A program made the translations under genes and the position numbers. Positions 10,130-21,400 of a DNA stretch of 64,000 nucleotides are shown in pieces; within the stretch, counting starts at the first letter, position 1; every line of letters starts with the position of its first letter. The notes below the pieces were generated by a model. It worked only from the letters and a program-made list of their open reading frames with translations, was not told the DNA's origin and made no database searches. Origin of the DNA: an uncultured delta proteobacterium (GTDB lineage Bacteria > Myxococcota_A > Polyangia > Polyangiales > B10-G4); NCBI GenBank assembly GCA_963727445.1, contig CAVSGI010000008.1, forward strand, positions 288,001-352,000, in the 5' to 3' direction.

Positions 10130-10816
10130 ATGGGTTACCGGGACGACTTGGGGGCGAAGCAGCAGGAGGCCGAACGAATCGCGCGCGAGCTGCGTGATGT
10201 TCGGCGTCAGATGAACGACATCGTGTCGCTCAGCGAGCGCGAGCGGGCGCTCGAGGGTGCACTCGAGGCGGCCTCGGTGGCGGTGGGCCGAGCGCGGGCG
10301 AAGGTCGGCCTCCCGGTCCTGTCGAAGCTCCGTGTGGCGAGCCCCTGCCACGAGCGCTGGGAGGAGATGACGGGCGACGAGCGCGTCCGGCACTGCGGGC
10401 GCTGCGACAAGGACGTCTACGACCTGTCGGCGATGACCGCCGAGGCGGCGGAGGCGCTCCTCGCGAGTCGCGGGCAGAAGCTCTGCGTGCGCTTCTACCG
10501 GCGGGCGGACGGCACGGTGATGACGGCCGACTGTCCGGTGGGAGCGCGCAAGAAGCGCATCCGGAACACTGTGCTCGGCGTTGGCGCCGCGGCGATGAGC
10601 GCCTTCGCGGGCGTGGCGGGTCTCGGCGCCGTGAGCATGGGCGAGCCCATCCCCGAACCCCTGATGGGTGAGTACGTCGCCACGCCTGACGAGATGAACG
10701 GCCCCTCCGCCCTCGCACCCACACCCACAGGTGCAGACACCGAGACCGATCCCACACTGGACCTGGCAGCCGACACGCCGAGCCCAGCGATCGACGAGCC
10801 TCGAGACGGACTTTGA
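10130..10816 (+). CDS. Membrane protein with Cys-cluster domain
   Basis: Coiled-coil-like N-terminus, PCHERWEEMTGDERVRHCGRCDKDVYDLS...LCVRFY...DCP, then a TM segment. Confidence 0.75.
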   Translation: MGYRDDLGAKQQEAERIARELRDVRRQMNDIVSLSERERALEGALEAASVAVGRARAKVGLPVLSKLRVASPCHERWEEMTGDERVRHCGRCDKDVYDLSAMTAEAAEALLASRGQKLCVRFYRRADGTVMTADCPVGARKKRIRNTVLGVGAAAMSAFAGVAGLGAVSMGEPIPEPLMGEYVATPDEMNGPSALAPTPTGADTETDPTLDLAADTPSPAIDEPRDGL

Positions 10817-10863
10817 GCCGGCGCCCTCCGATCCGTCGGCCGGGTGCTGTATCCTGTGCGTAG

Positions 10864-12663
10864 ATGCGGCTCAGCCTTCTTTTTCTCTCCTCCTTCTTCG
10901 TCATCCTCACGGCCTGCGCCAGCGGCAGCCGGCCCCCGGTCGGAGACGGAGGAAGTGGTCGAGTCTGCGGCACGGGCGAGACGATGTGCGCCGACGGATC
11001 CTGCGCGTCCACCGCGAGCGACCCCGCCAACTGCGGCGCTTGCGGAAACGCGTGCGGCGCGGGCCAGGTATGTAGCGCGGGGACGTGTGAGACCGCATGC
11101 GGCCCGGATCTGATGGCGTGTGACGGCGCCTGCCGTGACACCCGCTACGACCCCGCGAACTGCGGCAGCTGCGGCAACGCCTGCGCCGACGGCGAGCTCT
11201 GCAACATGGGCACCTGCGGCAGCAGCTGCTCGCCGCCGCTCACCGACTGCGACGGCGAGTGCGTCAGCCTCACCTCGAACCCGGCGCACTGCACCGAGTG
11301 CGGCATGGCGTGCGGCGCGGGCGAGGTCTGCACCGCCGACGGCTGTCAGGTCGGCTGCCCTTCGGGGCAGGCGGAGTGCGGCGGCGCCTGCCGCGACCTG
11401 CTGGTCGACCGCAACAACTGCGGCGCTTGCGGCAACTCGTGCGCAGCGGGCGAGCTGTGCAGCGGGGGGAGCTGCGCCGTGGCGTGCGGTGGTGGGCTCA
11501 TGGACTGCATGGGTGTCTGTCGCGACCTCACGGTCGACAACGCCAACTGCGGCGCCTGCGGCAACGCCTGCGGCATGGGTGAGGTGTGCAGCGGCAGCAC
11601 CTGCACCGTGTCCTGCGGCGGCGGGCTCACCAACTGCGGCGGCGTGTGCCGCGACCTCACCTCGGATCGCAACCACTGCGGCGGCTGCGGCATGGTCTGC
11701 GGGATGGGAGAGGTCTGCACCGACGGCGCGTGCATGGTCTCCTGCGGGCCGGGGCTCACGGACTGCGGCGGCCTCTGCCGCGATCTGATGGTCGACGGCA
11801 ACAACTGCGGCGCGTGTGGAACGGTCTGCCCGCCCGGCCAGGTCTGTGCCTCCGGCACCTGCACCGTCTCCTGCGCCTCGGGGCTCACGAACTGCAGCGG
11901 CGTCTGCCGCGATCCGACGGACGACGAGATGAACTGCGGCGGTTGCGGCATGGGCTGTGCGTCGGGTGAGACCTGCGTGAGCGGGGCCTGCACCATCGTC
12001 TGCGCGCCCGGTCAGACGCTCTGCGGGACGACCTGCACCAACACGAACAACGACCCGGCCAACTGCGGCTCCTGCGCGACCGCCTGCGGCATGAGCGAAG
12101 CGTGCGTGATGGGCTCCTGTATTCCCCTGGTCAGCTGCATGGACGTCGAGACCTTCGACACCGGCACCTGGCCCACCGCACCGTGGGTGGTCCAGTCCAC
12201 CGCCGGCGGCACAGTGGACGCCGCCTACGCCCACGACGGCGCGCGCGGGATCCGCGACCCCACGTGGTACTACCGCACCGACGTCAGCGTCGCCGCCGGG
12301 ACGCGCATCAGCATGTGGGTGCGCGGGGGCACGGGCCGCTTCTATCTGGGCTTCGACGCCACGTCGGCCGGCGCCAAGAGCTTCGTGGTCGCTTTCAACA
12401 CCAGCGACATCCGCTTCCAGAACAACGCGGGCTACGGCTACACCGAGCTCACGACCGTGTCCCAGACCTACACGACGGGACAGTGGTATCGCATGGAGAT
12501 CGAGCTGATGGCCGGCGGCATCGCCGTGGGCCGACTCTACGACCAGGATGGGACGACGCTGCTCAACAGCGTCACCCACGACTTCGGCTCCTTCGGCAGC
12601 GGCGGCATCGCGATTCGCGCCTTCAGCGGCGTCGACGGCGACACCATCAACGTCTGTCCCTGA
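10864..12663 (+). CDS. MXAN_6577-like Cys-rich repeat lipoprotein
   Basis: LTAC lipobox, about ten tandem ~39-aa repeats (CxGxCRDLxxDxxNCGACGxxCxxGEVCxxGxC) and a C-terminal beta-rich domain. Confidence 0.9.
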   Translation: MRLSLLFLSSFFVILTACASGSRPPVGDGGSGRVCGTGETMCADGSCASTASDPANCGACGNACGAGQVCSAGTCETACGPDLMACDGACRDTRYDPANCGSCGNACADGELCNMGTCGSSCSPPLTDCDGECVSLTSNPAHCTECGMACGAGEVCTADGCQVGCPSGQAECGGACRDLLVDRNNCGACGNSCAAGELCSGGSCAVACGGGLMDCMGVCRDLTVDNANCGACGNACGMGEVCSGSTCTVSCGGGLTNCGGVCRDLTSDRNHCGGCGMVCGMGEVCTDGACMVSCGPGLTDCGGLCRDLMVDGNNCGACGTVCPPGQVCASGTCTVSCASGLTNCSGVCRDPTDDEMNCGGCGMGCASGETCVSGACTIVCAPGQTLCGTTCTNTNNDPANCGSCATACGMSEACVMGSCIPLVSCMDVETFDTGTWPTAPWVVQSTAGGTVDAAYAHDGARGIRDPTWYYRTDVSVAAGTRISMWVRGGTGRFYLGFDATSAGAKSFVVAFNTSDIRFQNNAGYGYTELTTVSQTYTTGQWYRMEIELMAGGIAVGRLYDQDGTTLLNSVTHDFGSFGSGGIAIRAFSGVDGDTINVCP

Positions 12664-12721
12664 GGCAGGATCTCGGGGGTTTTGGTGGCGTGAGGGCGGC
12701 GCTCGGGCTAGCCCTCTCGCC

Positions 12722-13540
12722 ATGTCGTCTCGCTTCGAAGGGAAGGTCGCGTGGATCACCGGCGGGGGCAGTGGCATCGGCAAGGCCCTCGCCCTCGAGC
12801 TCGCACGTCAGGGTGCGGACGTCGCCGTCAGCGGTCGGCGCGAGGCGCGTCTGGAGGAGGTCGCGGAGGAGATCCGCGCCCTCGGCCGGCGCGCCATCGC
12901 CGTCCCGTGTGACGTCACCGACGAGGAATCGATCGCCGACGCCGTGGAGCGTGTGGATCTCGACCTGGGCGGCATCGACGTCGCGGTGGCGAACGCCGGC
13001 TGGGCGGTCAACGGACGCATCAGCGAGATGACCGCGGACCAGTGGCGCCGTCAGCTCGACGTCAACGTGGTGGGCGTGGCGCTGACCGCCAAGCACGCCA
13101 TCCCCTACCTCGAGAAGAGCCGCGGCCGTCTCGCTCTCGTGGGGAGCATCGCCGCGTTCTTGGGGCTCGCCCAGAATGGCGCCTACGCGGCGAGCAAATG
13201 GGCGGTGCGGGCGATCGGCCAGACCCTCAGCATCGAGCTGGCTGGCACGGGAGTGAGCTGCACCACGATCCATCCCGGTTTCGTCGAGAGCGAGATCGCC
13301 CAGGTGGACAACGAGGGCGTCTACCGGGAGAAGCGAAAGGATCGCCGGCCGCAGCAGCTGATGTGGACCGCCGACGCAGCCGCCAGGACGATGGCGTCGG
13401 CCATCTACCGCCGCAAGCGCGAGCACGTCTTCACCGGCCACGGCAAGCTCGGCGCCTTCATGGGCCAACACTTTCCGGGCATCGCGGTCTTCGCGATGGG
13501 CCGAGCGAACAAGCCGAAGAAGTCACTGCCGAAGAGCTGA
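12722..13540 (+). CDS. Short-chain dehydrogenase/reductase (SDR)
   Basis: TGGGSGIG, NAG and YAASK motifs. Start set at ATG 12722. Confidence 0.92.
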   Translation: MSSRFEGKVAWITGGGSGIGKALALELARQGADVAVSGRREARLEEVAEEIRALGRRAIAVPCDVTDEESIADAVERVDLDLGGIDVAVANAGWAVNGRISEMTADQWRRQLDVNVVGVALTAKHAIPYLEKSRGRLALVGSIAAFLGLAQNGAYAASKWAVRAIGQTLSIELAGTGVSCTTIHPGFVESEIAQVDNEGVYREKRKDRRPQQLMWTADAAARTMASAIYRRKREHVFTGHGKLGAFMGQHFPGIAVFAMGRANKPKKSLPKS

Positions 13541-13597
13541 GGACGGCGTATTCTGCGCTGGGCTTGTCGCTCGAGCGGGCGGGCTTACGTCATCACC

Positions 13598-14083
13598 ATG
13601 AAGAACGTCCTGGTCGTCTATGCGAGCCGACACGGCTCGACCAAAGAGATCGCCGAGCGCATCGCGCTTCGGCTCTCCGACCACGGGCACGAGGTCACGA
13701 GCGTTCCGATCGAGGACGACCCGACACCGAGCGGCTTCGACGCGATCGTGCTGGGGAGCGCGATCTACATGGGTCACTGGCTCAAGAGCGCACGCCACTA
13801 CCTCGACGAGCACGTGGTGGAGCTTGCCCAGCGCCCCCTCTACATCTTCTCGAGCGGCCCGGTGGTCGAGGACGACGAGGCCCACGAGCCGACGGAGGTC
13901 GCCAAGCTGATCGCGACCCTCGGACCGATCGAGCACGTGCTCTTCGGCGGCAAGCTCGACACCCACCAGCTCACCTTCGGAGAGAAGCTGGTCGTGAAGT
14001 TGGTGGGCGGCCACGACGGGGACCTGCGCAGCTTCGAGATGATCGACGAGTGGGCCGACGCGGTCGCGCACGCCCTCGGTTGA
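13598..14083 (+). CDS. Flavodoxin-domain protein (HemG/Flavodoxin_5-like)
   Basis: VYASRHGSTKEIAERIA, DAIVLGSAIYMGHW and FGGKLD motifs. Confidence 0.85.
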   Translation: MKNVLVVYASRHGSTKEIAERIALRLSDHGHEVTSVPIEDDPTPSGFDAIVLGSAIYMGHWLKSARHYLDEHVVELAQRPLYIFSSGPVVEDDEAHEPTEVAKLIATLGPIEHVLFGGKLDTHQLTFGEKLVVKLVGGHDGDLRSFEMIDEWADAVAHALG

Positions 14084-14105
14084 TCACCTCTGATATCATC
14101 GTGGG

Positions 14106-16148
14106 GTGTTCCTCCTCTCGAGCGTCCTCTGGGCTCTCGTCGTCGGCTGTGGTGACGACACGACGGTCTCGGATGGAGGGACGGACGGCGACTCGGCGGT
14201 CGTCGCCGACGCCATGCCGGTGATGGTGGAGCCGCCCGAGCTGCCGGCGCCCGTCGTCCTCACCCCGTGCCCCGAAGGCTGGATGGAGGTGGGGGACGAC
14301 CCGCCCCTGACCTGCGAGCCGTGGGCCGTCGAGGATTCTCCCACCTGCACCGGAGCCACCGCCCGCTTCGTCGGCGCCGCCGGGTGCGAACGGTTGGGCT
14401 CGGAATGTCCGAGCGACGGGTTTCCCGCCGCGGCGCCGCCGGAGGCGCTCTTCGTCTCGGCGGACGCAGCGACTGGGGGCGACGGATCGCGGGCCGCGCC
14501 GTTTTCGACAATCACCGACGCGCTCGCCGCGGCCGCATCGGGCGATGTCGTCGCCATCGCCGTCGGACAATACGACGAAGCTCTCGACGTGCCGGGCGGA
14601 GTCACGCTCCTCGGCGCCTGTACCGAGGGCACCCGTTTGTCGTCGAGCGGGGGTCGCATCGACCGCGGGGTGATCACGGTGACCGGCAGCGACGTGGTGG
14701 TCAAAGACCTCCGGATCGAGAGCAGCGAGCAGGGAGGCATCTGGGTCGTCGGCATGGACCAGAGCGCACGGCTCGAAGACGTGCTCATCGAAGATGTCCG
14801 GGTGGCGGGCATCGACGCGGAGAACGGGGCGTCGATCGAGGGCTCGCGGATCGTCGTTCGCCGGTCGCGCCCCACCGTGTTCGGCTCCTTCGGGCGTGGC
14901 CTGACCCTCGAGACCGGCTCCAGCACCGTGATCGATCACCTGGTGGTGGAGGACTGCATCGAGTTCGGTGTCCTGAGCTACGGCGACGGAACCACCGTCG
15001 AGCTCTCGGACGCCGCCGTCCTTCGAATCGGCGCCCTCCCCGACGGCAGCGCCGGCCCCGGACTGGTCGCGACCAACGGCGGGACGCTCACCGCCGAGCG
15101 CACCCTCGTCGAGAACACGACCGACTTCGGCGTGGCCTCGCTGGCCGAAGGGGCCCTGACGCTCCGCGACTCCCTCGTGCGCGAAACCCGAAGCCGCGTG
15201 ATGGGAACCGATCGGGGCTATGGGATCAGCGCGCAGACAGACGCGTTCCTCGACATCGAGCGAACGACCATCACGACGGCCCGCGGCGTCGGGGTGTTCC
15301 TGAACCAGGCCGTCGGCACGATGCGCGACGTCGTGATTCAAGACACGCGGACGCGCGAGAACGATTCGGCGCTCGGCCGCGGCCTGTCGGTGCAGGATCT
15401 GGCCATGATCGACGCCGAGAGGGTTCACATCCGGCGCGTTCGGGAGACGGCTGTGATCATCGGAGGGGTGTTGCCCAGCTTCGGGACGCTGAGCGACGTC
15501 ACCATCGCGGACGTCGCCCCCGATGAGATCACGCAGCGCTTCGGCCGCGGGGTGACCGTCCAGGCCCGAAGCGACATCACCTTCGATCGCACGCTCATCG
15601 AGCGCGCGGTGGAGTCGGGGATCTCGAACGCGGCGCACCTCAGGATGAACGACCTCACGGTGCGCGAGGTGGCCCCCGCGCCGAACGCCTTGCCCCCGGG
15701 TGGGTTCGGCGTGACGACGTTCGCGGGAGGAGAGACGACTCTTCGACGCGTCTTCATCGAGGACACCGTCACGGCCGGGATCCTGGTGTCCGGCGCATCT
15801 CGCGTGGACGCGAGCGAGGTGCGAATCGAAGGGGTCTCGAGCGTCGACTGCACCGAGATGGTGATCTGCGCACCCGGGGGCCACGCCTTCGCGGCCTATT
15901 TCGACGCCGAGGCGACGATCAATCATTTCGCGTTCGAAACGGCCGAGGTGTGCGGCATCCACGTCGCCAATGGCGGAGACATCATCGCGACAAATGGCTC
16001 GGTGACCAACAGCGGCATCGGCGCCTGCGTGCAGAGCGATGCCCAGTCGGTCGACGATCTGCAATCCAACGTCCTCTACTACGACAACGGCACGCCGCTC
16101 GAAGCGACGATGCTGCCGGTGCCGATGGTGGGGAGCGGCGACCTCTGA
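14106..16148 (+). CDS. Lipoprotein with right-handed beta-helix repeats
   Basis: VVGC lipobox, GDGSRAAPFSTITDALAAA motif and repetitive beta-helix-like strands. Confidence 0.75.
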   Translation: MFLLSSVLWALVVGCGDDTTVSDGGTDGDSAVVADAMPVMVEPPELPAPVVLTPCPEGWMEVGDDPPLTCEPWAVEDSPTCTGATARFVGAAGCERLGSECPSDGFPAAAPPEALFVSADAATGGDGSRAAPFSTITDALAAAASGDVVAIAVGQYDEALDVPGGVTLLGACTEGTRLSSSGGRIDRGVITVTGSDVVVKDLRIESSEQGGIWVVGMDQSARLEDVLIEDVRVAGIDAENGASIEGSRIVVRRSRPTVFGSFGRGLTLETGSSTVIDHLVVEDCIEFGVLSYGDGTTVELSDAAVLRIGALPDGSAGPGLVATNGGTLTAERTLVENTTDFGVASLAEGALTLRDSLVRETRSRVMGTDRGYGISAQTDAFLDIERTTITTARGVGVFLNQAVGTMRDVVIQDTRTRENDSALGRGLSVQDLAMIDAERVHIRRVRETAVIIGGVLPSFGTLSDVTIADVAPDEITQRFGRGVTVQARSDITFDRTLIERAVESGISNAAHLRMNDLTVREVAPAPNALPPGGFGVTTFAGGETTLRRVFIEDTVTAGILVSGASRVDASEVRIEGVSSVDCTEMVICAPGGHAFAAYFDAEATINHFAFETAEVCGIHVANGGDIIATNGSVTNSGIGACVQSDAQSVDDLQSNVLYYDNGTPLEATMLPVPMVGSGDL

Positions 16149-16155
16149 GGGCCTC

Positions 16156-17331
16156 TTGGCGACCCCACGACTCCACTACGACGACCCGCTCGCGCTCGAA
16201 GCCGAAGCTCGCGTCGTGGCGCACGCCGAGCGCGAAGGCCGAAGGTCGCTGGTCCTGAGCGACACCATCTTCTATCCCGAGTCGGGAGGGCAGCTCGGCG
16301 ATCACGGGCTCATCGGCAGCGCCCGGATCGACGATGTCGTCCTGGACGCGGAAGGCGTCGTCCATCACCTGGTCGGCGAGGGCGACCTCCCGCCGGTGGG
16401 TGAGGTGGTCACCTGTCGGGTGGACGAAGCGCGGCGCCGGCAGCACATGGCGTTGCACACCGCACAGCACGTGCTCTCCCGCGCCTTGCTCGATCTTCAC
16501 GACGCCGTCACCGTGAGCTCGCGCCTCGGTGCCTCGGGCGCCACCATCGACGTCGACCGGAGCCGGCTCGGCCTGATGGCGCTCGCCGACGTCGAGGCGC
16601 TCGCGAACGCGGTGGTGGACGAAGACCGCCCGGTGAGGCAGTTCTTTCCGACGGATCGCGAGCTCGCCGCGCTCCATCTCCGCAAGCCCCCGCCCGACGT
16701 GGAAGGCCGGGTTCGCGTCGTGGACGTGGGCGGCTTCGATCGCACCCCCTGCGGCGGCACCCACGTCACGCACACGGCGCAGATCGAGCTCGTCTTTCTC
16801 CGCTCGGCCGAACGGTACAAGGGCGGCACGCGCATCACCTTCGAAGCCGGGCCCCGCGCACGCGCGGCCCTTTTTGCCCATCGCGACGCGGTGCGCGAGG
16901 CCGCCGCCGCGCTCGAGTGCGCACCTCACGAGCTGGTGCAGGCGACGCACAGGCAGCTGTCACGCCTCGCCGATGCCCGAAGCGAGATCGCGGCACTTCG
17001 AGGCGACCTCGCCAATCGCTGGGCCACCGAGCTCGACGCTTCCGGCGACACCATCGTCGCAACGCTCCTGGGCGCTGACGCGAAGCTGCTGAGCGCCGTG
17101 GCGGCGCGCCTCACGACCGGTGCCCGCCGCGTCGCGCTCGGGGCCCCTTCGGCCGACGGCATCGCGGTGCTGATCGCGCGCGGCCCCGAGAGCGAGCTCC
17201 ACGCCGGCGACGCGATGCGAGCGCTCGCGAAGGAGGCCGGCGGCCGCGGCGGTGGTCGGGCGGAGCACGCGCAGGGACGTCTGCCGGCAGGCGCAGCCTT
17301 CGAGGCGCTGGCCACGGAGATCTTGAAGTAA
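16156..17331 (+). CDS. Alanyl-tRNA editing protein (AlaX-like) with C-terminal DHHA1-like domain
   Basis: TIFYPESGGQLGD, HTAQH and CGGTH zinc motifs and GGRGGG...AQG. Start set at TTG 16156 (uncertain). Confidence 0.9.
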   Translation: MATPRLHYDDPLALEAEARVVAHAEREGRRSLVLSDTIFYPESGGQLGDHGLIGSARIDDVVLDAEGVVHHLVGEGDLPPVGEVVTCRVDEARRRQHMALHTAQHVLSRALLDLHDAVTVSSRLGASGATIDVDRSRLGLMALADVEALANAVVDEDRPVRQFFPTDRELAALHLRKPPPDVEGRVRVVDVGGFDRTPCGGTHVTHTAQIELVFLRSAERYKGGTRITFEAGPRARAALFAHRDAVREAAAALECAPHELVQATHRQLSRLADARSEIAALRGDLANRWATELDASGDTIVATLLGADAKLLSAVAARLTTGARRVALGAPSADGIAVLIARGPESELHAGDAMRALAKEAGGRGGGRAEHAQGRLPAGAAFEALATEILK

Positions 17332-17382
17332 GCGGCGTCATCGAGGGTTTCGGCGCGGCGGGGCATTCGCTATCCTCGCTCG

Positions 17383-18435
17383 GTGCGGAAGCTCGTGCTC
17401 CTCCCCGCCGCCCTCGCGCTCCTGGTCGCTGGCATTTCCTTCGATCGCGCGCGGCCCGCGGCCGCCCAGGGCGGTGGTGGCTACGTTCTGGTGAAGCGCG
17501 ACGCCTTCCTCTACGCCGCGCCCGACGCGTCCTCGGAAAAGGTGCGCGATCCCTGGCGCCGGCGTCATCACGTTCGTCTCGGTCCCTGGTGGGTCATGCG
17601 TCAGCGCGGTGTGCAAGACGGCTGGGTGGAGCTGCGCACCATCCCCACCTTCCGCGCGACCTCCCATTGCTATCCGACCGTGGCCGGCCTCGGCAATCTC
17701 AATCTCACGCTCTACGCCCGGCAGGACGCGCTGGCGCAGGTCACCACCGCGCCCCTCACTCATCGCTTCGACGACGGCAGCAGCGTTCGGCTGACCGCGG
17801 GCGTGGGCGTGAGCCACCGGGGGGGCGCCCGCTACGACGCCATCGTCCCCGGCGCGACGATTCGGCTCCGGATGCGCGACGGCGAGCTCGGCACCAGCTA
17901 CGGCGGTGCGCGGACCTTCCCCACCTCCCGCGACGCGGTGGGCTTCCTCGCCCCGGGCGGGCGTCTCGACTTCCTCGAAGGTCGCTTGACGGCCGAGAGC
18001 GGCTCGCGACGCGAGCGAAGCTCCGGAACCGTGAGCTTCAGCGTGGCCGACACCCGAAGCAGCGGCGGCGGGGGACCGGCGCGGGCCCTGCTCGCGGTCG
18101 AGACCACCGGGCGCCGCGGGCGCATCGACGCGACCGTGCGGGCACCCTGCGCCGAGGTGAGCGGACGGATCGACGGCCGCGACGTGAGCCGTGAGCGTCC
18201 GCCCCGCGCAATCCACACGCTCGACGAGCATCACGGTACCCGCGTGCGCGCGGGCGCCCTCCTCTACTGGCCCGACGGCTCGCGCGCCGGCCGCGCCGCG
18301 AGTGACACGGCGCTCGACGGTCGCGTCAGCACCTCCGGCATGCGCCGGTGCTTCCAGCATCGCCTGCGCGTGGGCAGCGGCGGCAGCGCAGACGAGACCC
18401 TCGCCCTCTGCGTCGACGCCACGAACGTGCTCTAG
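17383..18435 (+). CDS. Hypothetical exported protein
   Basis: N-terminal signal peptide (AAA|Q) and TATCCT 6 nt upstream of the GTG. No family recognised. Confidence 0.65.
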   Translation: MRKLVLLPAALALLVAGISFDRARPAAAQGGGGYVLVKRDAFLYAAPDASSEKVRDPWRRRHHVRLGPWWVMRQRGVQDGWVELRTIPTFRATSHCYPTVAGLGNLNLTLYARQDALAQVTTAPLTHRFDDGSSVRLTAGVGVSHRGGARYDAIVPGATIRLRMRDGELGTSYGGARTFPTSRDAVGFLAPGGRLDFLEGRLTAESGSRRERSSGTVSFSVADTRSSGGGGPARALLAVETTGRRGRIDATVRAPCAEVSGRIDGRDVSRERPPRAIHTLDEHHGTRVRAGALLYWPDGSRAGRAASDTALDGRVSTSGMRRCFQHRLRVGSGGSADETLALCVDATNVL

Positions 18436-18442
18436 GCACTCG

Positions 18443-21400
18443 CTACAGCACCGGTCGGCGCTCCTCGTCGGCGCGGGCGCCGAGGTTGCCATAGCGGTGG
18501 TAGTCGTCACTGATCGATTGCTCGGTGAGGTACCAGAGCAGCTCGATGCGACCTTCGGCGAGGACAGGCGCGTCGGCGATGTAGATGCCGCTGTCGCCGA
18601 TGGCCTTTCGGATGGCGAGGGGCACGCGCTCGGGGCTGGCATAGCGGATGCGGTCGGCCTGATGCCGCGCGATCACCCCCAGCAGCTGCTCGTCCGTCTC
18701 CCAGACGAACTCGATGGACGCCGCCCAGGCCTCGGTGAGCTCGTCGAGGAGGGCCACCGCCTCCGAGCGGAGCCCCGGTGGCGTGCTCACCGTCACGCGA
18801 CAGCCGGCGGTGCGAGCCGCGGCCACCCGGGCGAAGATCTCGAACGCATCGTCGTCCGCGTGGACGCGCACGCGGAGGGCCGGCACCGCGCGATAGCGCC
18901 GGAAGTTGTCCTGCCCCACGAGCCGGAAGTGATCGTGGGCGCGTCCGAACTCCTCGGCGAAGCGCAGGTCGTAGCTCCGCATGGCCCGCTTCAGCCGGGC
19001 GATCACCTCGGCGCCGAGGACGCCTTCGGCGGCGGCGTGCGTGTTGATGGCCTCGCAGAGCTGCACCAGGGCCTCGCTCTGCAGCGCTCCCTTCGGGGCC
19101 GGTGCGTCCCGGCGGTCGCGGAAGTGCATGAGCTGCGCGACGTAGTTCGGGCCCCCCGCCTTGATCCCCGGCCCGAAGGCGCTCTTGCCGACGCCCCCGA
19201 AGGGTTGCCGGAGCACGACGGCGCCGGTGGTCACGCGGTTCACGTAGAGATTGCCCGCACGAATCCCCTCGAGCCACTCCCGCTGCTCGCGCTCGTCCAG
19301 GCTCTCGAGACCCGAGGTGAGGCCGTAGCCGGTCTGATTGACGATCTCGATCGCATGGTGGATGTCCTTGGCGCGCATCACCGCCAGCACCGGACCGAAG
19401 AACTCGGTCATGTGCGTGTAGCTGCCGGGCCTGACGCCCCACTTCACACCGGGCGACCAGAGGCACGGATTGTCGTCGCGGTTCTCCGGTAGGACGGCCC
19501 AGCTCTCTCCCTCTTCGAGCTCCTTGAGCCCGTTTTCGAGGTCGCCGCTCGGCGGGGTGATCACCGGCCCCATCTTCGTCGACAGGTCCCACGCCGATCC
19601 CACCCTCAGGCTGCGCACCGCGTCGCAGAGGGTCGCCTTGAACTTGGGATCGTCGTAGACCTCCGCCTCGAGCACCAGGAGGCTGGTGGCCGAGCACTTC
19701 TGGCCGGAGTGGCTGAAAGCCGAATGCAGGACGTGCTTGATCGCCTGCTCGCGGTCGCTCATCGCCGTGACGACGGTGCCGTTCTTGCCGCCGGTCTCGG
19801 CCAACAGCCGCATGTCCGGCTTCGCCTCGAGCATGCGAAGCGCGGTGTCGGTGCCCCCGGTGAGGATCACCGCGTCCACGTCCTCCGACGAGACCAGGCG
19901 CGCGCCGCCGGTGGCCCCCGAGCAGGGGACGAACTGCAGCGCCTCCTTCGGAACCCCGGCGCGCCAGAACGCCTGACAGAGCTCCCACGCGACAAGCACC
20001 GTGTTGGAGGCGGGCTTGAGGATCACCGTGTTGCCGGCCGCGAGGGACGCGCTCACCCCGCCGCAGGGGATGGCGATGGGGAAGTTCCACGGCGGGACCA
20101 CCACCACCACCCCGATGGGCTCGGACTCCACGGTGTTGAGCGAGGCCAGCGCCCGCGCCGACGCGGCGTAGAACACTACGAAGTCGATCGCCTCGGACAC
20201 CTCGGGGTCGGATTCGGTCAACAGCTTGCCGCCGTTCGCCATCGCCGCGCCCATGAGGTCGCCTCGGGCCCGCCGCAGCTCGTGGGCCGCGCGCGCCAGG
20301 AGCGCCCCGCGCTCCTCGTGGCTCATGGCCCGCCAGCCGCTCGGGTCCTTCCGCGCGCACGCGAGCGCGCGGTCGATGTCGTCGTCATTGGCCTGACGGT
20401 AGCGACCGACGACGACACCCGGACGCGAGGGGTCCTTGCAGCTGCGTTCGTCGCGCCCGTCGCGCAGCTCCTCACCGGCCACGACCAGCGGGATGTCGAC
20501 CGCGTCGTCGCCGGTTCGGGCCTTCCACGTTTCGACGACGCCCTCGGCCCAGGTGAGGTTCTGCGGCAGAGAGAAATCGGTGTCGGGCTCGTTGTCGAAG
20601 TGTTCGAGCGCGACGGGCCCCGGCGCGGCGCCCAGCGGCGCGTTTCGATCCTGGGTGCGGCGGGGCGACTCGGGCAGCGACTCGATGCGCTCGAAGCTCT
20701 CGACGAAGCCGCGCTCGAGGTCGTTCCAGTCGTCGCTCCCCACCTCCAGCTTGAATGCGTGGCGCAGGAAGTTGTCGGGCCCCGTGTTCTCGTCCATTCG
20801 GCGGATCAGGTAACCGACTGCGTTGATGAACTCCTCCTGCTTGGTGGCGGGCGCGTAGAGCAGGATGTCCTCGGCGAGCTCGGAGAGCGCGCGCCGCTGG
20901 TGGTTGGCCATCCCCTCCAGCATCTCGAATTGCATCGAGGCGATGGCGCCGCGCTCGGCGCCGAGCACCAGGGCATACGCCGCTTCGAAGAGGTTGTGGG
21001 TCGCCACGCCGATGCGCACCGCGGGCACGTTCTCGGGCCTGAGCGCCTCGTGCAGCATCCGCTTGTAGTTGGCGTCGGTGTCGGCCTTGCTCGAAAAGGG
21101 CGCCTGCGGCCAACCGTGAATCGAAGCCTCGACCCGCTCCGCCTCCATGTTCGCGCCCTTCACCAGGCGGATGGTCAGCGGAGAGCCGCCCCCGTCCACC
21201 CGCTCACGCGCAAAGGCGTTGATCCGCTTCTGCGCCGCGAAGGAGTCGGGGATGTAGGCCTGAAGGGCGATCCCCGCTTTGACCTTTTCGAGGCCGGGAC
21301 GCCGCAGGGTCTGGATGAAGGCGTCCACCGTGATCTCGAGATCGCGGTACTCCTCCATGTCCAGGTAGACGAACTTCGAGGACTCGCTTCCGTCGTTGCG

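Noticed and set aside
10960..12120. ~117-bp periodic DNA repeats (similar periodicity at 24150-25330 and 53680-54260)
   Set aside because: Fully explained by Cys-rich protein repeats with synonymous divergence.
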